Below are positions 27,019-35,484 of a stretch of DNA of 64,000 nucleotides, one piece after another. Origin of the DNA: Candidatus Sungiibacteriota bacterium (GTDB lineage: Bacteria > Patescibacteriota > Minisyncoccia > Sungbacterales > JACQCQ01). Both the position numbers and the translations under genes were made by a program. The notes beneath the pieces are model-generated. The model was not told where the DNA came from and did no database searches. It was given only the letters and a program-made list of their open reading frames with translations. Location: the NCBI GenBank assembly GCA_016201505.1, contig JACQCQ010000012.1:10187-74186 (forward strand), given 5' to 3'. The stretch's first letter is position 1, and the number at the start of each line of letters is the position of its first letter.

Positions 27019-28740
27019 ATGTCATTTGCCGATCTGAAACAAAAAATTGAGCCGCTGTTTGGAGCTGACCAAATCTCGCTGGTTGAGCGCGCCTATCAAT
27101 TCGCCGAAAAGGCGCATGCGGGGCAAACACGGAAATCCGGCGAACCCTACCTCGTGCATCCACTTTTCATCGCCTTAAAACTGGCGGAATTAAAAATGGA
27201 CCAGGCGACGATCGCGGCCGCCTTACTGCATGACGTGGTCGAGGATTCAGGCGTGCTGCTTTCTACGATTGAGGCGGAATTCGGCAGTGATGTCGCCTTT
27301 CTCGTCGACGGGGTAACGAAACTCGGCAAACTGAAATACCGCGGCATCGAACGCATGGCCGAGTCTCTTCGTAAAATGGTGCTGGCCACCGCCGAGGATG
27401 TCCGCGTCGTCTTGATTAAATTAAATGATCGGCTCCACAACATGGAGACCTTAAAAGCTCTACCGGAAGAAAAACACCGGCGTATTGCTTTGGAGACACT
27501 TGAAATTTACGCGCCGCTCGCCGATCGCTTGGGTCTTGGAAGCTTAAAGGCTAGGCTTGAGGATCTGGCATTTCCCTACGTCTATCCGGAAGAACACTCC
27601 TGGCTTTCAAGAAATGTGCGAGACGCATTTGAAGAACGATCAGAATACTTGAAGCAGTTGGCGCCCGAAATCGAAAAAGTACTGCGCGAAGAGGCAGTGC
27701 CAATCATCGCCATGGACGCGCGGGCCAAACACCAATACAGCCTCTGGCGGAAGCTCATGAAGTTCGACATGGATATTGCTAAAATCCATGACCTGATTGC
27801 GCTCCGGGTTATTGTGCCGACGGTGGCCGACTGCTACCAGGCGCTCGGGGTGATTCATGCGCACTGGCGGCCGCTCCCCGGAAAAATCAAAGATTACATC
27901 GCACTGCCAAAACCCAACGGTTATAAGTCGCTGCATACGACGGTCTTCGGGCCCGATGGCAAAATTGCTGAAATTCAGATCCGCACAATCGCCATGCATG
28001 AAGAAGCTGAACACGGCATTGCGGCGCACTGGAAATACAGCCAGACAAAACAAACAAAGCTCTATCATGAGAATGTCGCCTCCAAAGCCGACAAAAAAGA
28101 AATCAGCTGGGTAAAAGATCTGCGCGACTGGCAAAAGGATGTTTCGGATTCGGATGAATTTCTGCAAACGCTCAAAATCGATTTTTTCAAAAATCGGATC
28201 TTCGCGCTGACGCCGAAAGGTGACGCGGTTGATTTGCCCGAAGGCGCAACGGCGCTTGACTTTGCCTATCACGTACACTCGCAAATCGGGAACAGCGCCT
28301 CCGGCGCCCGGGTCAACGGCAAAATGGTGCCGCTGGATCACGAGATTAGCAACTTCGATGTGGTTGAAATCATTACGCAGAAAAATAAAAAACCGGCTGC
28401 TGATTGGCTGGAATTTGTAAAAACCTCGATGGCGCGAAAACACATCACTTCAAGACTGCGCCGTGACGCAGAACAAAAACGTTTCGGGACAAAGCCGGGC
28501 GGCCTTTTAGTTGAGCTCCGTGTCACCGCGCGCGACCGCATTGGCCTTTTAAACGATCTGACCTCGGCCATTCGGGCATTTCGCATCAATATCCGCGATC
28601 ATAAAACGGAAACCGCCCACCGTTCTCACCCACTCATCATTTTGACATGCGCCATAAAATCAAGCGACGAACTGCGAAAACTCCTTATGAAATTAAAGAG
28701 CGTAAAAGGTGTCGAAGAAGTCAACTACAAGATTTTGTAA
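27019..28740 (+). CDS. relA: RelA/SpoT (p)ppGpp synthetase/hydrolase (HD-SYN-TGS-ACT)
   Basis: RKSGEPY, LLHDVVED, KDYIALPKPNGYKSLHT, EIQIRT, FAYHVHS and DRIGLL. Confidence 0.96.
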   Translation: MSFADLKQKIEPLFGADQISLVERAYQFAEKAHAGQTRKSGEPYLVHPLFIALKLAELKMDQATIAAALLHDVVEDSGVLLSTIEAEFGSDVAFLVDGVTKLGKLKYRGIERMAESLRKMVLATAEDVRVVLIKLNDRLHNMETLKALPEEKHRRIALETLEIYAPLADRLGLGSLKARLEDLAFPYVYPEEHSWLSRNVRDAFEERSEYLKQLAPEIEKVLREEAVPIIAMDARAKHQYSLWRKLMKFDMDIAKIHDLIALRVIVPTVADCYQALGVIHAHWRPLPGKIKDYIALPKPNGYKSLHTTVFGPDGKIAEIQIRTIAMHEEAEHGIAAHWKYSQTKQTKLYHENVASKADKKEISWVKDLRDWQKDVSDSDEFLQTLKIDFFKNRIFALTPKGDAVDLPEGATALDFAYHVHSQIGNSASGARVNGKMVPLDHEISNFDVVEIITQKNKKPAADWLEFVKTSMARKHITSRLRRDAEQKRFGTKPGGLLVELRVTARDRIGLLNDLTSAIRAFRINIRDHKTETAHRSHPLIILTCAIKSSDELRKLLMKLKSVKGVEEVNYKIL

Positions 28741-28798
28741 AAATTCCGTAGGTAAACGAACCTTAATTTTGTACTCCCCTGCTCTATGTATCCGATTT

Positions 28799-28836
28799 GC
28801 TTTATTCTCATATTCTTGAGAATATGAGAATAAAGC
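28799..28836. promoter_or_regulatory. Perfect 18-2-18 palindrome upstream of the ArsR gene (operator or recombination site)
   Basis: gctttattctcatattct-tg-agaatatgagaataaagc; repeated directly at 29109-29140. Confidence 0.65.
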
Positions 28837-28869
28837 GCATGATCGTCTGTCGCAAATCATTTTTTAGCC

Positions 28870-29139
28870 ATGAGGTCATTTAAGCAACTTGAGAAAATCG
28901 CAAAGGGATTCTCAAATCATCGAAGAATCCAGATTTTAGATCTTCTGCAAAAATACCCCGAGCTATCCGTCGCCGATATCGCGGAAGCCCTCGGAGTAAA
29001 CTTCAAGACCATATCGGAGCATATTCGCCGCCTGGCCGAAGCCGGACTGGTCCTCAAACGTTATGAGGCACAAACCGTGAGACATAAGCTGACACCACGG
29101 GGAATAGGTATTCTTAAATTCTTGAGAATATTAGAATAA
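28870..29139 (+). CDS. ArsR/SmtB-family winged-helix regulator
   Basis: KGFSNHRRIQILDLL..ELSVADIAEAL...TISEHIRRLAEAGLV. Confidence 0.9.
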   Translation: MRSFKQLEKIAKGFSNHRRIQILDLLQKYPELSVADIAEALGVNFKTISEHIRRLAEAGLVLKRYEAQTVRHKLTPRGIGILKFLRILE

Positions 29140-29190
29140 ACGTCGATAAAACTAAATTCTTTTTGTGCAGTATTCTTGAGATAGTTCGAA

Positions 29191-29472
29191 CCCTCGTTCG
29201 CTAAAGCTATAGACGGGCAAAGCGCATTTCGCCGCCGCAGGCGGCGAGAAACCCCCCGCGAATCCGCCAGCTGGCGGACGGAAAGGCGGCGGCTCGTACT
29301 GAGCGAAGTCGAAGTGAGCCGCACCGACTTGTCCGCCGAAGTTTTACTGTGTCCTGCCGAAGCCATAGGCGAAGGAGGAACGAAGGCGGATGACAATTTC
29401 AAGTTTTTGAATGATTTAAGCATAAATCATTCCAGTAAATTTTTCAATGAAAAATGATTGAAAAATTTACTG
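29191..29472. repeat. Dense cluster of short palindromic (REP-like) elements
   Basis: At least seven adjacent or nested inverted repeats; several recur elsewhere in the window. Confidence 0.8.
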
Positions 29473-29598
29473 CTTTGGCGGCAAATTCTTTTATGAAAAT
29501 ACAATCTCAAAATTTAATAAAAAAGAAAGGAGCCGTACCCGTAGGTCGTGCTCCTGATGGCTGGGGCTCGTCGCTTGGCCGACGGAACTGGTGGGGCG

Positions 29599-29820
29599 TT
29601 ACCCCTCGTCTTCGTTGTCATCCTTCACCGTAGCAACGAACTCATGATCGCACTTCGGGCACTTGGCATTGATGGTCGAAGGTCTCGTATAGAACAGAAA
29701 CAAGAGACCCAGAAATGCCCACAGGCTGTGAGTGAACCAAAGGGCGAACCCAACGAGTGCGACGATACCCAGGTTCATCAGGGCCCACGGCCAGTTACTA
29801 CCATGTGTTTTGTCTGCCAT
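29599..29820 (-). CDS. Small membrane protein with a C-terminal CPKC motif
   Basis: SD GGAGGGAG, promoter TTGACT-17-TATCTT (29875-29903), two short hydrophobic segments. Confidence 0.7.
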   Translation of the reverse strand: MADKTHGSNWPWALMNLGIVALVGFALWFTHSLWAFLGLLFLFYTRPSTINAKCPKCDHEFVATVKDDNEDEG

Positions 29821-30054
29821 TGTTTCTCCCTCCTTTCAAGTTACGGTTTGCTTCCATCCAAAGCGATTCATTCAAAGATAGCATTTTATGCCATAAAAGT
29901 CAAGAGGCGGCAAGCTCCGCCTCTTGGGAGTGTTCGAAAAATTTTTCTTTTCTGCTTTTAACGGAATCGGGAATTTCTTTTTGCCCCGAAAAATCCATAC
30001 GATTTGGTCGCCGAGCGCGGGCTTTGCCCGCGCGAGGCATTGACTTTTCCAACG

Positions 30055-30141
30055 TGGTGCCGGGAGAGGGAGTCGAACCCTCATGAGCTTGCGCTCGCAG
30101 GATTTTGAGTCCTGTGTGTCTGCCAGTTCCACCACCCCGGC
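30055..30141 (-). tRNA. tRNA-Leu (CAA)
   Basis: GCCGGGG acceptor, anticodon loop CTCAAAA, long variable arm, GGTTCGACTCC, encoded CCA. Confidence 0.97.
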
Positions 30142-30299
30142 AAAATGATACGGGGCAAATCTGCCAGCCCGCCCCGCACTAATTCCCACAAATTACTTGC
30201 AAACTATATCAAAAGCTAGCTCTAGATGCTACTCGGCATATGAGAATTACATAATCGGAATTTAGTGCGGAGTTCCGCCACCGCGGCATTACAACGCGC

Positions 30300-30328
30300 A
30301 TACTATTTATACAATCCTCGTTTGTCAA
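30300..30328 (-). promoter_or_regulatory. Sigma70-type promoter facing tRNA-Leu
   Basis: TTGACA-17 bp-TAGTAT on the minus strand. Confidence 0.65.
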
Positions 30329-30356
30329 CGAAAAAAGCCTGCGGTATTCTAATGAC

Positions 30357-31331
30357 ATGGATGAACCAACTCCGAACCAGAATGGAGAAAACGACGCCGA
30401 AATAAAACCAAGAGCAGAAGCCTCCCCCATCGCCCCCCCCATCGGATTTACGAGACCCGAGGATGAAAAGCCCTTAGCCGTTCCTTTAACCGAACGGCGC
30501 GCACATGAGAGCATTTTTTGGATTGAGCGAGTCCTGATTGAGCCCAATCCCTATCAGCCGCGGCGGGAGTTTGACCCAAAGGCCCTCGAAGATTTAGCCG
30601 AATCGTTAAAAACGCACGGTATGCTCCAGCCGATTTTGGTCTCTCGCGTCGAGATAGAAACGCCGCGGGGCTGGGAAACAAGATATCAATTGATCGCCGG
30701 TGAGAGGAGGTGGCGAGCCGCGGGGCTTGCTAATATGGAGCAGATTCCGGTGATCATCAAGAAAGAGCCGACGAATCGGATGAAGTTGGAGCTGGCACTG
30801 ATTGAAAATGTCCAGCGCGAGGATTTAAATGCGATTGACCGCGCCAAAGCCTTCCGCCAATTGATTGATGATTTTAAATTAATGCAGCGGGAAGTTGCCG
30901 AACGCATCGGGAAATCGCGTGAAATGGTGGCAAACTCATTGCGGCTGCTCTCACTTCCGCCCGATATGCAGGAGGCGCTTTCCAGAGGCGAAATCGCCGA
31001 AGGGCATGCGCGGGCAATTTTAATGGCGGGCGATAATCCGGAACTGCAGCGTCAACTTTTTAATGAAATCGTAACCTACAAATTAAATGTCCGCGAAGCG
31101 GAAAACGCAGCGCGCCGCATCTCCGGTAAAACTTTAACGCCGCGGCGCCGCTTGGGATCATCGGGTGATCCGGAGACTCAAGACTGGCAAACAAGGCTTC
31201 AGGAGATGTTTGGCACCAAAGTTCAGGTTCAGAAAGTCGGTGACCGAGGAAAAATCGTCATCGAATTCTACTCCGACGAAGAGCTTCGTGGGATCATCGA
31301 TAAAGTCCTCCGCGACCGTGGTGCGCTTTAG
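30357..31331 (+). CDS. parB: ParB/Spo0J chromosome partition protein
   Basis: PNPYQPRREF, GMLQPI, LIAGERRWRAA, ALIENVQREDL and V.NSLRLL. Confidence 0.97.
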   Translation: MDEPTPNQNGENDAEIKPRAEASPIAPPIGFTRPEDEKPLAVPLTERRAHESIFWIERVLIEPNPYQPRREFDPKALEDLAESLKTHGMLQPILVSRVEIETPRGWETRYQLIAGERRWRAAGLANMEQIPVIIKKEPTNRMKLELALIENVQREDLNAIDRAKAFRQLIDDFKLMQREVAERIGKSREMVANSLRLLSLPPDMQEALSRGEIAEGHARAILMAGDNPELQRQLFNEIVTYKLNVREAENAARRISGKTLTPRRRLGSSGDPETQDWQTRLQEMFGTKVQVQKVGDRGKIVIEFYSDEELRGIIDKVLRDRGAL

Positions 31332-31365
31332 GTATTTTTGAAACTGGACACTGTAGTAACTGAGA

Positions 31366-31791
31366 CTATTTTTTCTTAAATGGCGGGATTTGGATCACTT
31401 CGAACTCATGTTGATTTAGATTAAAGACAACTTTATAAAATTCAAAAAACCCATTCTGGCCTAGTAAAGCAGTCGTCTTAAGGTCAGGGATTATAAATGC
31501 TTTTATGTTGAATTCTAAATTATCCTGCGCAAGCTTCAAGATTAAATCGCAACGATATGTTTTTGTCTTAGGGCCTACGATTCCCTGTGTCAAGTCTTCT
31601 TCGCAATCCTCTAATTTTATTCCGAGGGCATCTGCAATCTGACCATTGATATAAGTATCGGTCGCGCCAGAATCTACTAGCGCTTTGATTTTTAGTGATA
31701 GTTGATTTTCGGGATTTTTGAAGACAACATCAATCAGGGGATAATGATTATACTTGTCTTTCCCCATAGCACTGGCATATTGAAACTTCAT
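31366..31791 (-). CDS. Retropepsin-like aspartyl protease
   Basis: ALVDSGAT catalytic motif and ALLGQNGFF; AT-rich. Confidence 0.88.
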   Translation of the reverse strand: MKFQYASAMGKDKYNHYPLIDVVFKNPENQLSLKIKALVDSGATDTYINGQIADALGIKLEDCEEDLTQGIVGPKTKTYRCDLILKLAQDNLEFNIKAFIIPDLKTTALLGQNGFFEFYKVVFNLNQHEFEVIQIPPFKKK

Positions 31792-31798
31792 TTATCAA

Positions 31799-31987
31799 TT
31801 ACGACAGAGGCGCTAAACCAACATTTTCTTCAGGCACAAGGAACAAAGAGTAATCTCTACTTTTTTTATCAGCAATTTCTTTTACTTCTTTCACAGAATT
31901 TCCAACAGCAATTACATCATCATCTTCCAGCGCAACCCATTTCTTTTGATGATTCTTAACTAGAGTGGTGATGTCTCCAATATTCAT
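31799..31987 (-). CDS. Small DUF5678-like protein
   Basis: KKWVAL...VIAVGNSVKEV...LFLVP; directly upstream of the aspartyl protease. Confidence 0.75.
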   Translation of the reverse strand: MNIGDITTLVKNHQKKWVALEDDDVIAVGNSVKEVKEIADKKSRDYSLFLVPEENVGLAPLS

Positions 31988-32258
31988 GGTTTTAGTATAA
32001 CCCGTAACTCTATATTAGTTACATTTCTGCAAATGAATGTCAACATGACAAGTCATTAAGCCTAAAATTTTACTTAGTTCCAGATTCTCTAGTTTCCACT
32101 ATGAAAGCACCCTTCCTGAACTCACCCGCGTAATTTGACTACAGCGTAAATCCAAGCGACCGCGGCGCGGTTTAGATTTTCTTAAACTAATTTAATTATA
32201 TTAATTTTTTTGTTGGGTAGGGCATATCTATTTTACTTTTGTCTTTTCCAAAGACGGT

Positions 32259-32816
32259 TTAACTTTCATTTTTAGATTTCTTTGAGATTCTTTTCCTTAA
32301 GAACTCTATTCCAATTGAAGTGAGAATGCCGATGATGGCGCCGCCTGCAATGTCGGAGGGCCAGTGGACGCCGGCCGAGACGCGGGCGAGACAGATGATG
32401 GCAGTGAGGCCAAACAAATACCAGCCGAATTTTTTGTTATAAAACCAAATGGACATGGCGAGCGCAAAGAAAAAAACGGCGTGGCCCGAAGGAAAACTGC
32501 CCGAGGTTTCGTGGGGGATTAAGGGATTAAAATGAAGCGCCATAAAGGGTCGCGGGCGGTAGTATACAAAGCGAATGATCTCGGTAATACCAAAGCGGGC
32601 GATAACTCCTGAAAAAAAAGCGTAGAAAATGACCCCCATCTTGGACAACCGCTGTTTGCCGTCTATATCAATTAAGATAAACGGCAAAATGAGAACGGCG
32701 GCGGCAACAAGATACGGCAGAGTAGATCCTATAAAAACAATCAAAAAATCGAGAAGACGATTGACCCCAGCAAGTGAATGAAAAAAATAAAGTAGAGCTA
32801 AATCAAAACCCATCAC
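32259..32816 (-). CDS. PAP2-family phosphatase (undecaprenyl-diphosphatase-like)
   Basis: RPRP, SFPSGH and ARVSAGVHWPSDI. Confidence 0.94.
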   Translation of the reverse strand: MMGFDLALLYFFHSLAGVNRLLDFLIVFIGSTLPYLVAAAVLILPFILIDIDGKQRLSKMGVIFYAFFSGVIARFGITEIIRFVYYRPRPFMALHFNPLIPHETSGSFPSGHAVFFFALAMSIWFYNKKFGWYLFGLTAIICLARVSAGVHWPSDIAGGAIIGILTSIGIEFLRKRISKKSKNES

Positions 32817-33631
32817 TGTAGCCCTTTTAGTATAGTCAGATTCTTGAATACATGCATGACCGTAAGCGGCCCTATACCGCCGGGGACGGGAGTCAGCCAG
32901 CCGTCTTTGCCTTCCATACTCTTTCGGTCTACATCCCCCGACAGATTCCCTTCTTCAATTGATATGCCGCAGTCGAATAGTATTGTGCCGTCTTTCACCA
33001 TCTCGGCATGAATCAAATTCGGTCGTCCCGTGCCCGTAAAAATAATATCCGCATCTTTTAAATTCAGTGCTTGTTCGCTTGAGTGATAGGTATAGACGGA
33101 AAATGGCAGATCTGAATTGGTAAGCCAGTGAATAATGGGGCGTCCCACGAGCCGCCCGGCACCAACAACGGCAATCTCCTTTCCCTCGAGCTCTATCTGG
33201 CGGCTCTTTAAAATCGTATCAATCGCGGCAATAACCGGCGGGAGAATGGGTGATCTCCCGACGGCAAAAGCCCCGACATTCTTTTGATTTAAGCAGTCAA
33301 CGTCTTTCATTTCCGGGATTGAATTTAAAATGTATTGTGTGTTTAATCCTTCGGGCAATGGCAACTGGATGATGTACCCATCGCGGTCAGTCTTTTTTAT
33401 GAGATCCGTGATGGCGCGGCGCACATGTTTTGAAGTGCCCTCTGGAATTTGATAGGTTCGTACCTCAATCCCCAATTCCTGGCCCTTTTTCTTTTTTTGT
33501 TCGATAAATTTTTGCGAGACCAGATCCTGGCCAATCGAAATTATGCCAAGCGAAAGATTGTGGCCAGCCACGCGTGTCTTAACCTCTTCGCCAATTTTCT
33601 CGGCCAACGCCTTGCCGTCAATTAAGTTCAC
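32813..33631 (-). CDS. folD: Methylenetetrahydrofolate dehydrogenase/cyclohydrolase
   Basis: IDGKALA, IIQLPLP, KDVDC and TPVPGGIGP. Confidence 0.96.
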   Translation of the reverse strand: MNLIDGKALAEKIGEEVKTRVAGHNLSLGIISIGQDLVSQKFIEQKKKKGQELGIEVRTYQIPEGTSKHVRRAITDLIKKTDRDGYIIQLPLPEGLNTQYILNSIPEMKDVDCLNQKNVGAFAVGRSPILPPVIAAIDTILKSRQIELEGKEIAVVGAGRLVGRPIIHWLTNSDLPFSVYTYHSSEQALNLKDADIIFTGTGRPNLIHAEMVKDGTILFDCGISIEEGNLSGDVDRKSMEGKDGWLTPVPGGIGPLTVMHVFKNLTILKGLQ

Positions 33632-34842
33632 ACCGGAAACTTTTTTAAGAATGACTTAATCTCTCGACTGATCGAAGCCGGATTTTCTTTATCAATCACC
33701 GCCCTTCGTATCCATTCGGCTACTTGCCTCATGTCTCGAACTCCCATGCCCCGCGTGGTGACAGCTGGAGTCCCCATGCGAATGCCTGATGGATTGAAGG
33801 CTTTTTCGTCTCCCGGAACGGTGTTGCGATTCGCGATAATGCTTGACTTTTCAAGTCTCGTCTCGGCATCTTTCCCTGTCATTCCCAGCGGCGAGAGATC
33901 AATCAGCAAAAGATGATTATCTGTCCCGCCAGTGACTAAGCTAAACCCTTCTTTTTTCAGTGCATGGGCGAGGACATTGGCATTGGCTACAACTTTTTTA
34001 GCATACACTTTATACCTTGGTTCGGCTGCGGCCTTTAGTGTATAGGCAATCGCGGCAGTCGTATTATCATGCGGGCCGCCTTGGATTCCCGGAAATACGG
34101 CTCTATTAATTTTTTCGGCCAAGTTTGATTTTGCAAATATAACAGCGCCGCGCGGCCCGCGCAAAATTTTATGCGTCGTCATCGTTACCACATCGGCATA
34201 GGGAAACGGCGAGACGTGAAGACCGGCAGCCACGAGCCCGGCAATATGCGAGATATCGGCAAGATGCAAGGCTCTGACATCCGCCGCAATCTCGCCAAAT
34301 TTTTTAAAATCAATCGTCCGCGGGTAGGCCGTAAGTCCCGAGATAATAATTTTTGGCTTTACGCGGCGCGCGATTTTTAAAATTTCATTATAATCGAGCA
34401 AATCTGTTTTGGAATCCACTCCGTACGAAACGCTTTTATACGCCATACCCGAAAAATTCACCTTATGCCCATGGGTTAAATGGCCGCCGGCCGATAACTG
34501 CATACCCAAAATAGTATCACCGAAATTTAAGAGGCCAAGATAGACCGCCATATTGGCGGGAGAGCCGGAATACGGCTGAACGTTTACATGCCAAGCACCA
34601 CGTAATTTAAATAATTTCTTGGCTCGATTTTGTGCGAGCAACTCGATTTGATCGATGATTGCGTTCCCCGGATAATAGCGCCTCCCGGGATAGCCCTCGG
34701 AGTATTTATTCATTAAAACGGAGCTAACAATTTCACGGACCGCCAACGGCGCCAGATTTTCCGATGGGATAAGATCAATCGTCGTCGCTTGGCGATATTT
34801 TTCGGCAGCAATTAACTTTTCGAGCTCCTTGTCGTGTTTCAT
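33628..34842 (-). CDS. glyA: Serine hydroxymethyltransferase
   Basis: LIPSEN, YSEGYPGRRYY, GGHLTHG and TTHKILRGPRG. Confidence 0.99.
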   Translation of the reverse strand: MKHDKELEKLIAAEKYRQATTIDLIPSENLAPLAVREIVSSVLMNKYSEGYPGRRYYPGNAIIDQIELLAQNRAKKLFKLRGAWHVNVQPYSGSPANMAVYLGLLNFGDTILGMQLSAGGHLTHGHKVNFSGMAYKSVSYGVDSKTDLLDYNEILKIARRVKPKIIISGLTAYPRTIDFKKFGEIAADVRALHLADISHIAGLVAAGLHVSPFPYADVVTMTTHKILRGPRGAVIFAKSNLAEKINRAVFPGIQGGPHDNTTAAIAYTLKAAAEPRYKVYAKKVVANANVLAHALKKEGFSLVTGGTDNHLLLIDLSPLGMTGKDAETRLEKSSIIANRNTVPGDEKAFNPSGIRMGTPAVTTRGMGVRDMRQVAEWIRRAVIDKENPASISREIKSFLKKFPV

Positions 34843-35483
34843 AGCGGTCGCTCCAGTAATTCTTCTAACTGTGATTTAGTCACAACGCCTTTTCGCAGAA
34901 TGACGGGGTTCTTTCGATTGGTTACATCCAGAATGGTTGAGGGTTCGGTGTCTTGCAATTCGCCGGCGTTGATGATTAAATCCGGTTTTTCGTTTCTGTC
35001 TCTTAAATCTTTTAAAAATTCGTCGAGCGACTTGGGGTGTGCGGCCCCAGAACGGTTGGCTGATGTGCCAATCAAAGGAAAATCTATTTGGCGAAACAAT
35101 TCGGCCATAAACGGATGGGCCGAGACGCGGATGGCAATGGTATCGCGTCCGCCCGAAATTATATCCGGGACAACATCTTTTTTATGCAGAATGACCGAGA
35201 CCGCGCCCGGCCAGATTTGGCCGAGCAGTTCCTCCGTCCACATGTCGATATAGGCATATTTACGCGCCATTTTGACGTCGCGCACCAAAATCGGCATGCC
35301 TTTTTCTTTAAGGCGCGCTTTAATCCTTATAACGCGCTTGGCCACACCCGCGAGCTCGGCATTTCCGCCGATACCGTAAATCGTATCGGTCGGAAAAACA
35401 ATCACCCCGCCCCTTTTTACGATCTGAACAGCCGCAAAAAGTGCCCCAGGAAGCGAGTCTTTTGTAAGCGTGATGATTTCCAT
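34839..35483 (-). CDS. tsaC: Threonylcarbamoyl-AMP synthase (TsaC/Sua5 YrdC domain)
   Basis: FPTDTIYG, WPGAVS, TSANRSG and PSTILD. Confidence 0.93.
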   Translation of the reverse strand: MEIITLTKDSLPGALFAAVQIVKRGGVIVFPTDTIYGIGGNAELAGVAKRVIRIKARLKEKGMPILVRDVKMARKYAYIDMWTEELLGQIWPGAVSVILHKKDVVPDIISGGRDTIAIRVSAHPFMAELFRQIDFPLIGTSANRSGAAHPKSLDEFLKDLRDRNEKPDLIINAGELQDTEPSTILDVTNRKNPVILRKGVVTKSQLEELLERPL

Positions 35484-35484
35484 G

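Noticed and set aside
27640-28443. Long antisense ORFs (267 aa here; also 35470-36144, 38477-39079 and 57480-58133)
   Set aside because: They are shadows of well-supported genes on the opposite strand and carry no motifs.
29548-30189. ORFs 29548-29961, 29757-30086 and 29872-30189
   Set aside because: They overlap the better-supported 73-aa gene or tRNA-Leu and lack RBS or motif support.
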